A stretch of 36,076 bases of DNA from Chiloscyllium plagiosum (Eukaryota): positions 24,244,279 to 24,280,354 of the forward strand of contig NC_057719.1 in the NCBI RefSeq assembly GCF_004010195.1, given 5' to 3'. A program made the translations under genes and the position numbers. Positions 34,335 through 36,076 of the stretch are shown here, piece after piece. The notes beneath the pieces are model-generated. The model had not been told where the DNA came from and made no database searches. It saw nothing but the letters and a program-made list of their open reading frames with translations. Position 1 is the stretch's first letter, and each line of letters opens with the position of its first letter.

Positions 34335-34800
34335 ACCTCAGCCAATGGAGAGAATCTCTCTCCACTACTTTCAATTTTGTTTGGGTTCCTTGAAGCACTG
34401 GGTAAATGCCTTTGGACATCAAGACAGTGACTCCCACTTTGTCTTTGGATTTCAGTTCATTTATCCATGTTGAACCAAAGTTGTAATCAATTTTGAAAAG
34501 TGGTCCTTGCTGAACCTAAACTTAGCAGCAGTGAACAGCTTGTGTCTGAGTATGTGTCACTCTATAGTACTGTCAACAACATTTTTTATCACACCAATGA
34601 TGACTTAGAATTGACTTATGCACTAATTGGCCAAATTGGATCTGTTATGGTTTTTTTGGCCAAAATATATCTGGCCAATTTTCCACAAATAGATGCTTGT
34701 GCTGTGATGGTATGGTAACAGTGTAATTAAACAGCACAGCTAATTCTGGACCATAATACTTTATTACGACAATTAGAATGGTAATGGGGATCTGTATAAA
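34335..34800 (-). mobile_element. Old LINE RT fragment (clade uncertain)
   Basis: Includes GCCTTTGGACATCAAGACAGT and GTGGTCCTTGCTGAACCTAAACT (minus strand approx. QFRFSKDH and LDVQRH), resembling RT motifs. Confidence 0.45.
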
Positions 34801-34859
34801 CGAAGCATTGAAAGAGAACCAAATACTTGTCTTCATATCTAGCAAATAGAATCTCACAG

Positions 34860-35492
34860 TTACATGAATCCCTGGTCCTTCTCGGTAGGCAATGCCTTGT
34901 GGTTGAGGATTACTTGCTTTCACACTAAAAATGAGTTCTCAGTTGACTGACAAATCCAATACACGAGCTGCAGTCTCTGTCACACTTGGGGCAGATGGTG
35001 ATTGGGAGGGTGGGAAGCCCAGGTTGCCACAAGCTCCTATCACTGTCAACACTCACTGCTGGTAAGACTGGAGATGTACAGAGCCTTTCCAAATGCTACT
35101 CTCCATTTTAGGCAGCCTTGGGTTTCCTCAATGTCAATGGGAATATTGCTCTTTTATAAGGATGGTGTCCTTGAAATGCTTCCCCTGCCTTCCTGAAACT
35201 CACTTGTCATGTTGAAGCTCCTAATAAAGCCCTTGTGTCAGAGAGACTTTGTCAGGCATGTGGACTGGTCCATCCACTGGAGCTGGACAATGTTCACGAT
35301 GTCAGTGCATTTAGTGTGCCCGTTCTGCCATTGGTTTTGGAGAATTGTGTGGTACTTCTCCAAGGTTTTGAGGTGTCTGCTGTAAATGTCCGTGAATCTG
35401 AGCCACATAGGAGAGTGAGTATCAATAGTGCTTCATACATCATGAGTTTGGTGCTGAGGTTGAGGTCCGAAGCTTCAAATACTTCAAGGAAT
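34860..35492 (-). mobile_element. RTE-clade LINE 3' fragment
   Basis: VFEASDLNLSTKLMMYEALLILTLLCGSDS is an RTE-type post-RT motif (TKL.VY.A.V...LLYG.E.W). RHFKDTI and WRVAFGK remnants follow. Confidence 0.7.
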
Positions 35493-35494
35493 TG

Positions 35495-35610
35495 AAGCCA
35501 TAAAATCACAGAATCTTTACAGTGGAGGCAGAGGGCATTCAGCCCATCAAGTCTGCACTGACACGCCAAACAGCATCCCACCTATCCCTGTAACCTCACA
35601 TTTACCATGG
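35495..35610 (-). mobile_element. HE1-type SINE tail fragment
   Basis: ACAGAATCTTTACAGTGGAGG...CAGCCCATCAAGTCTGCACTGAC is similar to the tails at 21017 and 24770. Confidence 0.65.
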
Positions 35611-35624
35611 CTTCAGCATCAGAG

Positions 35625-35800
35625 GCTGTGGGTGAACTTTGAGATTTATAAAATCGTAAAGGGTGTAGATAGGGTCGTTTCCGCAAGGTGGGGGAGTCCA
35701 AAACTAGAGGGGATAGGTTTAAGGTGAGAAGGGAAAGATTCAACAGGGACCTAAGGAGCAACTTTTTCACGCAAAGGGTAGTGTGTGTATGGAATGTACG
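35625..35800 (+). mobile_element. CR1 3' fragment
   Basis: Translates GESKTRGDRFKVRRERFNRDLRSNFFTQRVVCVWN. Confidence 0.85.
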
Positions 35801-36076
35801 TACCAACGCCATAGGTATAAAGAGGGATAGAGATGTAAGGCAGGATTTCAGGGAGCTAGGGTGGAAGCTGAGAGCTAGAACAAACAGTTGTTATCTCTGG
35901 TTTGTTACCCATGCCACATGATAGTGAGGCAAGGAATAGGGAGAGATATCAGCTGAACATGTGGCTGCAAGGATGGTGCAGAAGGGAGGGTTTCAGGTTC
36001 TTGGATAATTGGGGCTCATTCTGGGGAAGGTGGGACTTGTACAAACAGGATGGTCTTCACTTGAACCAGAGGGGTA
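35800..36076 (+). mobile_element. CR1 ORF1 SGNH-esterase fragment (runs off the window)
   Basis: FRELGWKLRART...QLNMWLQGWCRREGFRFLDNWGSFWGRWDLYKQDGLHLNQRG contains the DGLHLN block V of CR1 ORF1 esterases. Confidence 0.85.

Overview
This is AT-rich vertebrate genomic DNA, most likely from a shark or ray (inferred from HE1-type SINEs and abundant CR1 and Penelope debris). It contains the last six coding exons of the DEAD-box helicase gene DDX24 (+ strand, 978..7211). Tail-to-tail with it is a complete six-exon otubain gene, OTUB2 (- strand, ATG 19333, stop 8490, 237 aa). The OTUB2 promoter abuts a ~0.9 kb GC-rich minisatellite with a CCAAT box about every 40 bp. Introns and the intergenic right half are mostly transposon fossils: CR1, Rex/Babar, RTE, L2-like, Penelope-like (PLE), SINEs, Harbinger and pogo. 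The most unusual signals are: (1) PLE-derived minimal hammerhead-ribozyme-like motifs, one forming the loop of a young 69-bp-arm palindrome with a 15-bp target-site duplication; (2) the phased CCAAT array; (3) back-to-back poly(A) signals implying overlapping DDX24/OTUB2 3' ends. Exon boundaries were read by hand from GT/AG sites and frame. Repeat boundaries are approximate, and repeat family calls come from recalled motifs, not database searches.
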